In this document: piece after piece, positions 1 to 10,033 of the stretch | Layout: every line of letters begins with the position of its first letter | How positions within the stretch are numbered: the stretch's first letter is position 1 | Assembly: GCA_966424055.1 (NCBI GenBank) | Contig: CBJLMB010000013.1 | Span: 38,562 to 102,561, forward strand | Length of the DNA: 64,000 nt | DNA from: an uncultured Deminuibacter sp. | GTDB lineage: Bacteria; Bacteroidota; Bacteroidia; Chitinophagales; Chitinophagaceae | Direction: 5' to 3' | Made by a program: the position numbers and the translations under genes | Notes under the pieces: model-generated | What the model was told of the DNA's origin: nothing | What the model saw: the letters and a program-made list of their open reading frames with translations, nothing else | The model's database searches: none

Positions 1-323
1 ACTACTTCATCAAGCTGACCGCCATTATCGTTCTCAAGCGTGATGATCAGGTTGTCGTTGCCTGTGGCAGTAATATCCTGGTCTTTGTATCCCAGCGATT
101 TTACCAGTAGTTCGGCAGGTATCGATGGAACGGTAAGGTTGAATTGGCCGGCATCATTGGTAAGCGTTATTTTTCCTGGTGCAGACTTCAGCGACACCTG
201 TGCGCCGGCAACAGGATCGCCATTTTTCTTGTCCACAATTTTTCCGTGAATGGTGATGCCCTGCGCATAGGCAAACAGGCAGGGTACACACAACAGCAGA
301 AGGAGTGTTAGTCTATTTTTCAT
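1..323 (-). CDS. TonB-dependent receptor (SusC-like), N-terminal fragment; the gene continues beyond the window start
   Basis: Reverse-strand ATG at 323 with no in-frame stop to position 1. The translation MKNRLTLLLLLCVPCLFAYAQGITIHGKIVDKKNGDPVAGAQVSLKS...ITLENDNGGQLDEV is a signal peptide plus a carboxypeptidase-regulatory-like domain, which is typical of Bacteroidetes TonB-dependent receptors. Confidence 0.6.
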   Translation of the reverse strand, partial: MKNRLTLLLLLCVPCLFAYAQGITIHGKIVDKKNGDPVAGAQVSLKSAPGKITLTNDAGQFNLTVPSIPAELLVKSLGYKDQDITATGNDNLIITLENDNGGQLDEV

Positions 324-756
324 AATTAATAGTGATGGTATTTACTGGATAATATCAGGTACGGTATTGTGTTACATAAAAGCAGTAGGGCTTTATGAGA
401 TAGATAAAAACATTTACTTGTTTTGTTCTGTACACAGCGCAGCCGGTAAGATGGAGATAATTGAATGGAACATCAATGATCATATGGCAATCGTTCCGGT
501 CGCTGTAATACGCATTACTGCTGGGTTGGGTCAATAACAGCCTGTCGGGCGGATAAAGTGCAATATCCCGGCTAGTTAACTGTTACTATCCCAGCATCCG
601 GACAGTAATTGTCTGTACTATACTATGCTATACTACAAATGTAAGGCAATCGTTTGAATACTTCCAAATGCTTTTTTTGTGCAGCATGTTCTTACTGCAA
701 ATTAGTTTGTGCCTGGTTTGAGAGAATAGAGAATCTTCTGAATGGGATGGATTATT

Positions 757-1680
757 TTATGAAGCAGCATCGCCGCCGGTATAAGCCGGTTTATTCCTTT
801 TCCTGTATTCGCTGGGCGATAAACCCATCAGTTTGGAAAACAGGCGCGAAAAATAATATTGATCATCCACGCCCAGTGCGGCAGCAATTTCTTTAACGGT
901 CATAGCCGATAAAAGCAGGTACTGACAGGCTTTTTGCACTTTCAGGTGATTGAAATATTCAATGGGAGAGTAACCGGTTTTCTGGCGGAAGACAGCCGAG
1001 AAATGAGAAACAGATAAACGCGCCAGCCGGGCAAATTCCTGCAGGCTGCAAACTGTATGTATTTTTTTCTGCATCAGTTCAATAACAGCACTGAGCATGT
1101 CATTGTCTTTTTTATTATCGGTATTATTGAATTGCTCTTCATAAAGGATAGAAGACAGGAAATGGTAGAAGATCATGTTCACATAGCGGAGATTATCGGC
1201 GCCATAACCTTTTTCCAGGTTGAAATAGATTTCCTGGAACAGCTTGATCCGGTTTTCATTGTACATCAGCTGCGGTTTCCGGTTCCGTTCATTCAGCTGC
1301 AGCAGGTTTACAATATGGGCCGATACTTCACCGCGGAAATGTACCCAGTAAATTGTCCATGGGTCCTGTGTGCCCGCAGAATATTTATGAGGGGTATTGG
1401 CGGGTATCACAATGAACTGCGAAGGCGTGATCTCTGTTTTTTTCCTGTTGATCTCCACCCAGCCTTTGCCTTCCACACAATAAATAATAATGTGCTGGCC
1501 AATACCGGCATGCCTTTCTACATAATGCCCCGCTGCTTTGGGGTAATAGCCGATATCGGTAATATATACCTGCCTGGTGATAGGGTCTGCGGTGAGAAAA
1601 TCGCTCATGATCTTCTTAGGCAGCACGATCAGTTGCTGTCCGTCAAAACCCTGCCGCTTCCGCTGCATTTTATCTTTCAT
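757..1680 (-). CDS. AraC family transcriptional regulator (N-terminal cupin-like sensor, C-terminal HTH)
   Basis: The C-terminal AraC-type HTH is visible (…LARLSVSHFSAVFRQKTGYSPIEYFNHLKVQKACQYLLLSAMTVKEIAAALGVDDQYYFSRLFSKLMGLSPSEYRK). The N-terminal half looks like an AraC ligand-binding or cupin domain. It is divergent from the glycan-utilization genes. Confidence 0.85.
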   Translation of the reverse strand: MKDKMQRKRQGFDGQQLIVLPKKIMSDFLTADPITRQVYITDIGYYPKAAGHYVERHAGIGQHIIIYCVEGKGWVEINRKKTEITPSQFIVIPANTPHKYSAGTQDPWTIYWVHFRGEVSAHIVNLLQLNERNRKPQLMYNENRIKLFQEIYFNLEKGYGADNLRYVNMIFYHFLSSILYEEQFNNTDNKKDNDMLSAVIELMQKKIHTVCSLQEFARLARLSVSHFSAVFRQKTGYSPIEYFNHLKVQKACQYLLLSAMTVKEIAAALGVDDQYYFSRLFSKLMGLSPSEYRKRNKPAYTGGDAAS

Positions 1681-1935
1681 GGTTCGGGCTTATGGAAGGC
1701 AAGTTAAGAAAGAATAAAATAGTCCATCGTTTTCATAAAATAACCCATTCTTTATGTTAGCGCTGAGCGCGAGATTTGAACTGTTGAACGACCAGCTGTT
1801 TTGATGAAGAAGATTGCGATGCCTTTTTTCCACACCCACTGAACCGGTGCTGAACAAAGCCGGTTGTATAACCGGGATGGAAGCTATTGCAGCCATTCTG
1901 TTGCTTTATTCAGCTGATGAACAAATACATGATCC

Positions 1936-4122
1936 ATGAAGAGAACAGGTTTGTTGATTTTATTATCCTTATTGCTGTTGTGTGAATGGTTGTATGCCGG
2001 GCCTGTACAGGCTTACCGTGACAGCCTGGTGGTAACCGCAGGCACTATCCGGATTGTGGTGCACAACCGCAATGGCACCTCCGATTATCATTTTGCCAAT
2101 GGGCATTCGCTGATGGCTACGGTTGCTTTTGTGGAAGACAGGCAGGCTGGTTATTTTTCTTCTGCTGCTTACCGGCAACATATATACAAAACAGAAAAGA
2201 TACATGATTCACTGGGGCGGGGCATCCGTATCAGTATACGGCATGAAGATGACCGGTTGCCCGTGGTACTGCTACAACATATTGTGGTGTATGGCGCAGC
2301 TTCTTTTTTGCTGGTAGATGCATCGGCTTTTAAAAAAGAGCGGGGCGTAAAATTGTTCAGCAGGTATATCTCCCCACTGGCAGTACTCCCCGGGCATAAG
2401 GGAAGCTGCCATATTCAGGGAGCCATGCCCCGTATATTAGATGCTCCCTTTGATAATGACAACTGGGCCGGCGCAGTAACACGCAGCTGGCCTGCAAAAG
2501 GGATCAGTTACGAATTTTCTGCCCTGTACAACCAGGCTTCTTTTTCAGGCATAGTAATGGGCAGTGTACAGCACGACCGCTGGAAAACAGGGATTGCCTA
2601 CCGCACTGCCAGCCAGGACGGCCTGCTCGATTCTTTACTGGTATATGGCGGGGTAGCTACAGCCGATGATAAATCGCTGCCGGCTTTATATGGCGGCTAC
2701 GACGGCACACATGATCATGCACCGCATGGTGTGGTGAGTGGCACAGTTGTGCAGTCACCAGGTGTATTTCTCTGTGGCGGTGATATTCGTACTGCACTGG
2801 AAAAATATGGCGCCATAAATGCCCGCATCAACGGCAGCTTGCGCTGGAACAGGGAAGCGCCGGTATACTGGAACAGTTTTGGTGTGGAAGATGTATTGGG
2901 AGCCAGGCATATCATGATGCCGGATGGTGTGAAGCAGGTATCGGATTTTATCCGTTCGATGAATTATTTTAACAGCCATAACCCGGTGCTGAGCATCGAT
3001 TCTTATGATCAATCCATATACACCACACCTGTATTATCGGCTATCGGGTCGTATGCTGCTGCCAGGAACCAGCGTATGGGTTTTTATTGTATCCCTTTCG
3101 CCGTGTGGACCTGGAAAGATTCGCTAAATAAATTGCTACCGGGTACCCAAACCATTTTGCGCGATGTTGTGCTGCGCGACACCGCCAACCAGCCTATTTT
3201 TTATAAAGAAGGCAACTTCGGGGCTTATGCTATAGATCCTACTCATCCCGCTACCCGGGCAATGATGGTACATGCCCTGCAAAAAGCAAAGATCATACAT
3301 GCTTCTTTTATCAAGATAGATTTTTTAACCGCAGGTGCACTGGAAACACCGGCGCATTATGATACGTCTGTTCAAACGGGTATGCAGGCCTATAATAAGG
3401 GCATGCAACTGCTGAAACATCTTGTGGATTCTATCATGGGGCCCGATGTATTTATTACACAGGCCATTTCACCGCTGTTCCCCAGCCAGTATGCACACAC
3501 ACGTTTTATATCTACCGATGTGTATTCACACCTGCGGGATGATGAACCTGGTTTCCCGCATTATGGCAGCACCGGCGCCTCACTGGCCAATGGCTCGTTC
3601 ATGTGGTGGGTAAAAGGAAGTTTATGGCCATATACCAATCTCGATGTATGTATTATGAAAAATTTCCAGCATAATCCCGATCTTTCTGAACAGGATATTA
3701 AAGTGCGGCTGTATGCAATGATGGTGATGGGGAGTATACTGGGTGATGGCTCAGACCTGCGTAACCCGCTGGCCGTACAAAGAGCCCGGAAATATATAAA
3801 CAATAAAGCACTGTGTGATTATTTCAGCCATCCCAGGGTATTTACACCGCTGCGTATGGCTGATGGCGATGGGATGGATCAGCAATTGTCTTTTTACCTG
3901 AAAGGGGATACCACTACGCTGGCGATGTTCAATTTTAGCAGGCAACAGGCGTTCACAGAAAGTTTCCGGCTGGCATCATTGAAGCTAAAACCAGGTCATT
4001 ACCTTATTAAAGACTTTTTAACCAATACCGTACTGGGCAGTATTGAAAAAGAGCAGGCAGTTTTTTCGCTGACCGTTGCTGAAAAAGATGCCTGCCTGGT
4101 ACAATTGATAGCAACACCATAA
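1936..4122 (+). CDS. Secreted hypothetical protein (728 aa), possible glycoside hydrolase of unrecognised family
   Basis: It has an N-terminal signal peptide (MKRTGLLILLSLLLLCEWLYAGPVQA) and its size and context are PUL-like. It has a hydrophobic-K-x-D-hydrophobic motif (FIKIDFLTAG), which is only weakly reminiscent of clan GH-D nucleophile regions. I could not recognise any definite family signature. Confidence 0.45.
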   Translation: MKRTGLLILLSLLLLCEWLYAGPVQAYRDSLVVTAGTIRIVVHNRNGTSDYHFANGHSLMATVAFVEDRQAGYFSSAAYRQHIYKTEKIHDSLGRGIRISIRHEDDRLPVVLLQHIVVYGAASFLLVDASAFKKERGVKLFSRYISPLAVLPGHKGSCHIQGAMPRILDAPFDNDNWAGAVTRSWPAKGISYEFSALYNQASFSGIVMGSVQHDRWKTGIAYRTASQDGLLDSLLVYGGVATADDKSLPALYGGYDGTHDHAPHGVVSGTVVQSPGVFLCGGDIRTALEKYGAINARINGSLRWNREAPVYWNSFGVEDVLGARHIMMPDGVKQVSDFIRSMNYFNSHNPVLSIDSYDQSIYTTPVLSAIGSYAAARNQRMGFYCIPFAVWTWKDSLNKLLPGTQTILRDVVLRDTANQPIFYKEGNFGAYAIDPTHPATRAMMVHALQKAKIIHASFIKIDFLTAGALETPAHYDTSVQTGMQAYNKGMQLLKHLVDSIMGPDVFITQAISPLFPSQYAHTRFISTDVYSHLRDDEPGFPHYGSTGASLANGSFMWWVKGSLWPYTNLDVCIMKNFQHNPDLSEQDIKVRLYAMMVMGSILGDGSDLRNPLAVQRARKYINNKALCDYFSHPRVFTPLRMADGDGMDQQLSFYLKGDTTTLAMFNFSRQQAFTESFRLASLKLKPGHYLIKDFLTNTVLGSIEKEQAVFSLTVAEKDACLVQLIATP

Positions 4123-4142
4123 ACAGGTACAAAACAAATTAT

Positions 4143-7100
4143 ATGGAAGTAAAAGCATGGGTGGAGAAGATCGTTATCCCCACTTATACAGCAGGCCGGC
4201 CCGAGAAAAACCCGATGTTCCTGGAGAAAAGAGTTTACCAGGGTAGCAGCGGCGTGGTATATCCGCATGCTGTGATTGAAAAAATTGCTGATGAAAAAGC
4301 AGATAAAGAATATACTGCGGTGTTTCTTGAAAATGAATACCTGCGTATTATGTTGCTACCCGAACTGGGCGGCAGGGTACAGCGTGCTTACGACAAGATA
4401 CAACAACGCGATTTTGTATATTATAACCAGGTGGTGAAGCCTGCACTGGTGGGACTTGCCGGTCCCTGGATATCCGGTGGTATTGAATTTAACTGGCCGC
4501 AGCACCACCGGCCCTCTACTTTTGAACCGGTTGATTATACGATCAGGGAAAACACAGATGGCAGTAAAACAGTATGGATCAATGAAGTGGAATTGATGTT
4601 CCGTACCAAGGGGATGGCAGGCTTTACTTTGTATCCTGAAAAAGCCTATCTTGAAATCAGGGGAAAGCTGTTTAACCGCACACCCTTTCCACAAACATTC
4701 CTGTGGTGGGCCAACCCCGCAGTAAAAGTAAATGAGCATTACCAGTCGGTGTTTCCACCGGATGTATATGCGGTGTTCGATCATGGTAAAAGAGATGTAT
4801 CTGATTTTCCCATTGCCACCGGTACTTATTATAAAGTGAATTATGCACCCGGTACAGATATCTCGAAATATGCGAATATTCCCGTGCCTACTTCTTATAT
4901 GGCTATCCGGTCAAAATATGATTTCATCGGCTGTTACGAGCACGATACGCAGGCTGGCATGCTGCATGTGGCAGATCATCACCAGTCGCCGGGCAAAAAA
5001 CAATGGACCTGGGGCAATGGCGATTTCGGGCAGGCATGGGACCGCAACCTGACAGATGAAGACGGGCCTTATATTGAACTGATGACAGGTATGTTCACCG
5101 ATAACCAGCCCGATTTTTCCTGGCTGCAGCCGAATGAGGAAAAAACATTCACCCAATACTTTATGCCCTATACCGGGGTAGGTATGGTAAAAAATGCCAG
5201 CCGTGATGCCATGCTGAACATGGAATGGGAAACTGCCAACCGGCTGGCAATAAAAGTGTACACAACTGCTGTATACAAAAATGCGGTCATACGCCTGCTG
5301 CGGAATGGTGTGCTGGTAAAAGAATACATTGCGGACCTGCTGCCCGGTAATTTTTTCAGCACTATACTGACAGAAGAACATCCCGGCAAACCAGAAGACT
5401 GGAAAATGACTGTTTCCGGTTGTGATGGCAAAATACTGGTGTCTTACCAGCCCGAGGTTTTTACAAAAAAAGAAATACCCGCTGCTGCTACAGCTGCCAA
5501 AGCGCCTGCAACTATTGAGCAGGTGGAAGATCTTTACCTGAACGGCCTTCACCTGGAACAATACCGTCATGCCACTTTCAACCCTGTGGATTATTATGAA
5601 GAAGGACTGCGCAGAAGTCCGGGCGATGTCCGTTGCAACAATGCAATAGGTTTACTGCTGTTGCGCAGGGGACAATTTGAAAAAGCAGCACCTTATTTCA
5701 GGAAGGCTATCGGAACACTGACACACCGCAATCCCAACCCTTATGATGGAGAGCCTTACTACAATCTCGGCTGGTCATTGCTATTGCAGGATAAAAAAAC
5801 AGAAGCCTATGATGCTTTTTACAAAGCCTGCTGGAATGATGCCTGGCAGCATAGCGGCTTTCTTTCACTTGCCAGGATAGCAGCCGCAGAACAAAGGAAC
5901 GAAGATGCACTGGAGCTCGCAGACCGGTCGCTGGTACGCAATTATCATAGTTGTACCACCAGGCATATCAAAGCCACATTGCTGCGTAAGCTGCAGCAGA
6001 AGGATAGCTGTATTGCGTTTATACAGGAATCAATGCATATTGACCCCTTTAATGTTGGCTGTCTTTTTGAACATTATCTTTTACTGAAATACAGCAATGG
6101 TGATAATGCCCCTGTTCTGGCCCAATTCAAAACACTGATGCGCGGTGCTTTGCAGAACTACCTGGAGCTGGCCCTCGACTATGCACATGCCGGCTGGTTT
6201 GAAGAGGCTTCCATGGTGCTTTCTGTGTTTACTGAAGGGAAAAGGGAAATTAGTCCGCTGGTATATTATTACCAGGGCTGGTTTGCACAAAAAAGCGGTG
6301 ATACTGCAAACGCCCTGGAGCTGTACAGGCAGGCTGATAAAGCAAAGCCCGACCTGTGCTTCCCGAATAAAATAGAAGAAGTACTGGTACTGCAAAATGC
6401 CCAGGTACTGCTGCCATCCGGCGCACAGGCATTTTACCTGCTGGGTAATTTCTGGTACGATAAACGGCAATATACAGAAGCCATTGCCTGCTGGGAAAAA
6501 GCGGCAGCACTTAACCCCTCTTTCCCTACAGTGTTCCGCAACCTGTCGCTGGCTTATTATAACAAGCTGCAGCAAAAAGAAAGATCCCTGCAGTGCATGG
6601 AAAAAGCATTTGCTCTGGATACCACTGATGCGCGTGTGCTGATGGAGCTGGACCAGCTGTATAAGATCATGGGCAGGCCTTTTGAAGAACGGCTGGCAAG
6701 GCTGGAACAATACCCTGAACTGGTAAATGAACGTGATGACCTGTACCTGGAAAAAATCACCCTCTTCAATAACCTCGGTGGATATGAAACAGCCAGGCAA
6801 TTACTGGCTGCACGGAGGTTTCATCCCTGGGAAGGAGGGGAAGGGAAAGTGATCGGCCAGTTCCTGCTCGCTTATACCGAGCTGGCTAAGCAGGCTATAC
6901 TCCGCAACGATTATCTGCAGGCCGGTGAATTGCTGCAATCTATCGTATCCTATCCCCATAACCTGGGTGAAGGTAAACTGTATGGCACGCAGGAGAATGA
7001 CAGGAATTACCTGATGGGCTGCGTATATGAAGGCCTGGGGCAGCTACAGGAAGCCAATGAACAATTCAACCTGGCCACTGCTGGCATCAGCGAGCCGGTG

Positions 7101-7490
7101 CAGGCGATCTATTATAACGATCCGCAACCGGATAAAATTATTTACCAGGCACTGGCCTGGCTAAAACTGGGAGAGCCTGAACAGGCCCGGCAGATCTTTG
7201 AACGCTTTATTCATTTCGGTCAGCAGCATATGAACGACCGTATATCGATCGATTATTTTGCGGTGTCTTTACCCGATATGCTGGTGTTTGACCAGGATAT
7301 CAACCTGCGCAATAGTATCCATTGCAAATACCTTATCGGGCTGGGTTATCTGGGACTGGGAAAAACGGCAACAGGCAGGCAATACCTCGAAGAAGTGGTA
7401 CAGCTGGATATTAATCACCAGGGTGCGGCAGTGCACCTGCGCATGATCCCTTTTTTTGAACAGGCTGCCAAACAATATATGCCGGCATAA
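4143..7490 (+). CDS. DUF5107 domain-containing protein with C-terminal TPR repeats
   Basis: The N-terminus MEVKAWVEKIVIPTYTAGRPEKNPMFLEKRVYQGSSGVVYPH…GPWISGGIEFNWPQHHRPSTF matches the conserved DUF5107 N-terminal region found in Bacteroidetes PULs. The C-terminal half is rich in TPR-like helical repeats (YYNLGW…, AFYLLGNFWY…, AIACWEKAAALNP). Confidence 0.8.
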   Translation: MEVKAWVEKIVIPTYTAGRPEKNPMFLEKRVYQGSSGVVYPHAVIEKIADEKADKEYTAVFLENEYLRIMLLPELGGRVQRAYDKIQQRDFVYYNQVVKPALVGLAGPWISGGIEFNWPQHHRPSTFEPVDYTIRENTDGSKTVWINEVELMFRTKGMAGFTLYPEKAYLEIRGKLFNRTPFPQTFLWWANPAVKVNEHYQSVFPPDVYAVFDHGKRDVSDFPIATGTYYKVNYAPGTDISKYANIPVPTSYMAIRSKYDFIGCYEHDTQAGMLHVADHHQSPGKKQWTWGNGDFGQAWDRNLTDEDGPYIELMTGMFTDNQPDFSWLQPNEEKTFTQYFMPYTGVGMVKNASRDAMLNMEWETANRLAIKVYTTAVYKNAVIRLLRNGVLVKEYIADLLPGNFFSTILTEEHPGKPEDWKMTVSGCDGKILVSYQPEVFTKKEIPAAATAAKAPATIEQVEDLYLNGLHLEQYRHATFNPVDYYEEGLRRSPGDVRCNNAIGLLLLRRGQFEKAAPYFRKAIGTLTHRNPNPYDGEPYYNLGWSLLLQDKKTEAYDAFYKACWNDAWQHSGFLSLARIAAAEQRNEDALELADRSLVRNYHSCTTRHIKATLLRKLQQKDSCIAFIQESMHIDPFNVGCLFEHYLLLKYSNGDNAPVLAQFKTLMRGALQNYLELALDYAHAGWFEEASMVLSVFTEGKREISPLVYYYQGWFAQKSGDTANALELYRQADKAKPDLCFPNKIEEVLVLQNAQVLLPSGAQAFYLLGNFWYDKRQYTEAIACWEKAAALNPSFPTVFRNLSLAYYNKLQQKERSLQCMEKAFALDTTDARVLMELDQLYKIMGRPFEERLARLEQYPELVNERDDLYLEKITLFNNLGGYETARQLLAARRFHPWEGGEGKVIGQFLLAYTELAKQAILRNDYLQAGELLQSIVSYPHNLGEGKLYGTQENDRNYLMGCVYEGLGQLQEANEQFNLATAGISEPVQAIYYNDPQPDKIIYQALAWLKLGEPEQARQIFERFIHFGQQHMNDRISIDYFAVSLPDMLVFDQDINLRNSIHCKYLIGLGYLGLGKTATGRQYLEEVVQLDINHQGAAVHLRMIPFFEQAAKQYMPA

Positions 7491-7527
7491 ACGGTATTGG
7501 CTGATTGTTAACAGGCTAAATAATACA

Positions 7528-8634
7528 ATGACAACAGGAACAGGGCAGGCTGCTTTATCGGGCTCGTGCAGATTATACGGCAGCTGGCAAAATAAAAACA
7601 TCTACCTGGTTACTTTAAAAAATGATGCGGTGGAACTGCATATGACCAATATTGGTTGTGCGGTAACGGCTATCTGTATACCGGATAAGAACGGGCAGAG
7701 AAAAAGTATAGTGGCAGGATTTGAGCAGCTGGAAAATTATCTTCATAATCCACATTACCTGGGCAGCGTGGTAGGGCGTTATGTAAACCGCATCAGCAAC
7801 GGCCGTTTTATACTGGATGGAAAAACAATCCAGCTTTCTGTGAATGAGCAGGGTAACCACCTGCACGGCGGTACCAGCGGGTTTCATGAAAAAATATGGG
7901 AGATGGGCGAGTTGAAAACTGCAGACAAAGAGATCAGCATTTCATTTGAATATTTCAGTGCCGATGGGGAAGAGGGGTATCCCGGCAACCTGCAGGTGCG
8001 CGTAACCTATACGCTCACCAGTCAAAACTGCTTTTGTATGGAATATGTGGCAGTGACAGATAAAACAACACCGGTGAACCTCTCCAGCCACACTTATTTT
8101 AACCTCAGTGGTTTTGAAAACCCGGTTGTCAACGATCACTTGTTGCAGGTATATGCTGATAGCTACACAGAAAAGAATGAACGTAACCTGCCTACGGGCA
8201 GGTTGCTTTCGCTGCGCAATACGCCGCTTGATTTTTTGGTGCCTGAAAAAATTGGCAGGCATATCGGGTGCTTCTCTGCCGATGGAGGCTTTGATCACAA
8301 TTATGTTTTGCAGCGCACGATGCCCAAAGCGCTGAAAACAGCGGCAGAACTGTATGATCCGCTATCTGGCAGGTGGGTGAAGATCAGCACCACTGAACCG
8401 GGCCTGCAGGTATACACGGCCAATTGGTGGGATGGCAGCCTTACAGGTGTTCAGCAGGTGCCTTATGTAAAACATGGTGCAGTAGCATTGGAAACCCAGG
8501 CTTTTCCCGACAGCCCCAATCACCCTGCATTCCCCAGCACCCTGCTTGTGCCGGGGCATACTTACCTGGCAACCACTATTTTTGAATTCGGCGTTAAAGC
8601 GCATACACCAATGAGTGGTATTAAAGAGCGATAA
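7528..8634 (+). CDS. galM: Aldose 1-epimerase (galactose mutarotase)
   Basis: Mutarotase family hallmarks are present: LKNDAVELHMTNIGCAVTAI…GRYVNRISNGRFILDGKTIQLSVNEQGNHLHGG…FHEKIWE. The start is placed at ATG 7528 (MTTGTG…). The ORF-track start at 7456 would overlap the upstream gene. Confidence 0.85.
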   Translation: MTTGTGQAALSGSCRLYGSWQNKNIYLVTLKNDAVELHMTNIGCAVTAICIPDKNGQRKSIVAGFEQLENYLHNPHYLGSVVGRYVNRISNGRFILDGKTIQLSVNEQGNHLHGGTSGFHEKIWEMGELKTADKEISISFEYFSADGEEGYPGNLQVRVTYTLTSQNCFCMEYVAVTDKTTPVNLSSHTYFNLSGFENPVVNDHLLQVYADSYTEKNERNLPTGRLLSLRNTPLDFLVPEKIGRHIGCFSADGGFDHNYVLQRTMPKALKTAAELYDPLSGRWVKISTTEPGLQVYTANWWDGSLTGVQQVPYVKHGAVALETQAFPDSPNHPAFPSTLLVPGHTYLATTIFEFGVKAHTPMSGIKER

Positions 8635-8677
8635 AAACTGATGAACTATTTTATTCATAAACCTGTATACGATTGCT

Positions 8678-10009
8678 ATGTCATCACCTGTTTATAACAA
8701 TGCTTATATTATCGGTATATCCCTGATCTCTGCCCTTGGCGGGTATTTGTTCGGGTTCGATTTTGCCGTGATCTCCGGTGCACTTCCTTTTTTGCAAAAA
8801 CAATTCAATCTCGATGCATACTGGGAAGGCTTTGCCACCGGCTGTCTTGCACTGGGCGCCATTGCAGGTTGCTTAGTCGCCGGCAAGTTTTCTGACAAGT
8901 ATGGTCGCAGGAAGGGATTGCTGCTGGCGGCAGCTATATTCGGGATTTCCTCTCTCGCCATGTCTTTCTCTGCTACACGCGACCTGTTTATTTTTTCGCG
9001 TTTCATGGCGGGTATTGGTGTGGGAATGGCATCTATGCTTTCGCCGATGTATATCGCAGAGATTTCGCCTGCGCACCTGCGCGGAAGGATGGTGGCTATT
9101 AACCAATTGACTGTTGTAGTGGGTATCCTGGTAACCAACCTGGTGAATTATGGGTTGCGCAACAGTGGCGATGAAGCCTGGCGCTGGATGTTTGGACTGG
9201 GACTGCTGCCTTCTGCACTATTTTTTGCCGGTGCCTGGTGGCTGCCTGAAAGCCCGCGCTGGCTGGTGAAAGCAGGCAGATCTGCTGAAGCTGGTGTGGT
9301 GCTGGCAAAGATAGGCGATCAGTCTTTTGTACAGCAATCCCTGTCGGGTATCACCCGGTCGCTGGAAGGTGGCCAGCCTTTGTCGTATGCCGCTGTTTTC
9401 AAAAAAGCAGCGCTGCCCGCAGTGCTCATAGGTATAGGACTGGCTGTTTTTCAGCAGCTGTGTGGTATCAATGTGGTATTTAATTACACGCCGATGATAT
9501 TTAAAAGCATTGGTGTTGCACAGGATGGGCAATTACTGCAAACCGTTTTTATCGGAGGTGTAAACCTGGTGTTCACACTGCTGGCAATGTTACTGGTAGA
9601 TAAGCTGGGCCGTAAACCACTGATGTTACTGGGTGCGGGTGGCCTAGCACTTTTGTATATTGCTGTTGTGCAGCTGCTCGCATCAGGCGCTGCAAGTGTA
9701 TCCTGGTTGCTGCTTACGGCCATCGGTGTATATGCTATGTCGCTGGCGCCGGTTACCTGGGTGCTGATAGCAGAAGTATTTCCGAATAAGATCCGCGGAG
9801 CGGCCACTTCGGTTGCTGTGCTGAGTTTATGGGCAGCTTATTTTATACTCGTGTTCAGCTTTCCTGTTTTGTTCAACAAGTTTAAGGATGGTACATTTTA
9901 TATTTATGCATTTATTTGTATAGCCGGTTTTGTATTCATCTGGCTGAAAGTAAAAGAAACAAAAGGCAAAACACTGGAAGAACTTGAAGAAGTGATTACA
10001 TTGCATTAA
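8678..10009 (+). CDS. Sugar porter family MFS transporter (sugar:H+ symporter)
   Basis: It carries about 12 TM helices and sugar-porter signatures: GRRKGLL after TM2, PESPRWL after TM6, and an FGFDFAVISGALPF N-terminal motif. Confidence 0.9.
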   Translation: MSSPVYNNAYIIGISLISALGGYLFGFDFAVISGALPFLQKQFNLDAYWEGFATGCLALGAIAGCLVAGKFSDKYGRRKGLLLAAAIFGISSLAMSFSATRDLFIFSRFMAGIGVGMASMLSPMYIAEISPAHLRGRMVAINQLTVVVGILVTNLVNYGLRNSGDEAWRWMFGLGLLPSALFFAGAWWLPESPRWLVKAGRSAEAGVVLAKIGDQSFVQQSLSGITRSLEGGQPLSYAAVFKKAALPAVLIGIGLAVFQQLCGINVVFNYTPMIFKSIGVAQDGQLLQTVFIGGVNLVFTLLAMLLVDKLGRKPLMLLGAGGLALLYIAVVQLLASGAASVSWLLLTAIGVYAMSLAPVTWVLIAEVFPNKIRGAATSVAVLSLWAAYFILVFSFPVLFNKFKDGTFYIYAFICIAGFVFIWLKVKETKGKTLEELEEVITLH

Positions 10010-10033
10010 AACGATACGTTCTGCAAAACAACC

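Noticed and set aside
40-249. 69-aa plus-strand ORF at the window start
   Set aside because: It is antisense to the well-formed TonB-dependent receptor N-terminal coding frame.
1057-1707. 216-aa ORF antisense to the AraC gene. Similar long antisense ORFs lie at 4911-5570, 6081-6800, 15368-16039, 28585-29472, 31927-32613, 36720-37883, 50722-51432, 58836-59738 and 61718-62305
   Set aside because: All are embedded in and antisense to well-supported genes. They have low-complexity or Cys/His-rich translations typical of spurious antisense frames and no independent start context.
7456-7527. Upstream extension of the mutarotase ORF (start at 7456)
   Set aside because: It would overlap the last 35 bp of the DUF5107-TPR gene and adds a non-conserved Arg/Leu-rich leader. 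The ATG at 7528 gives a normal-length mutarotase.
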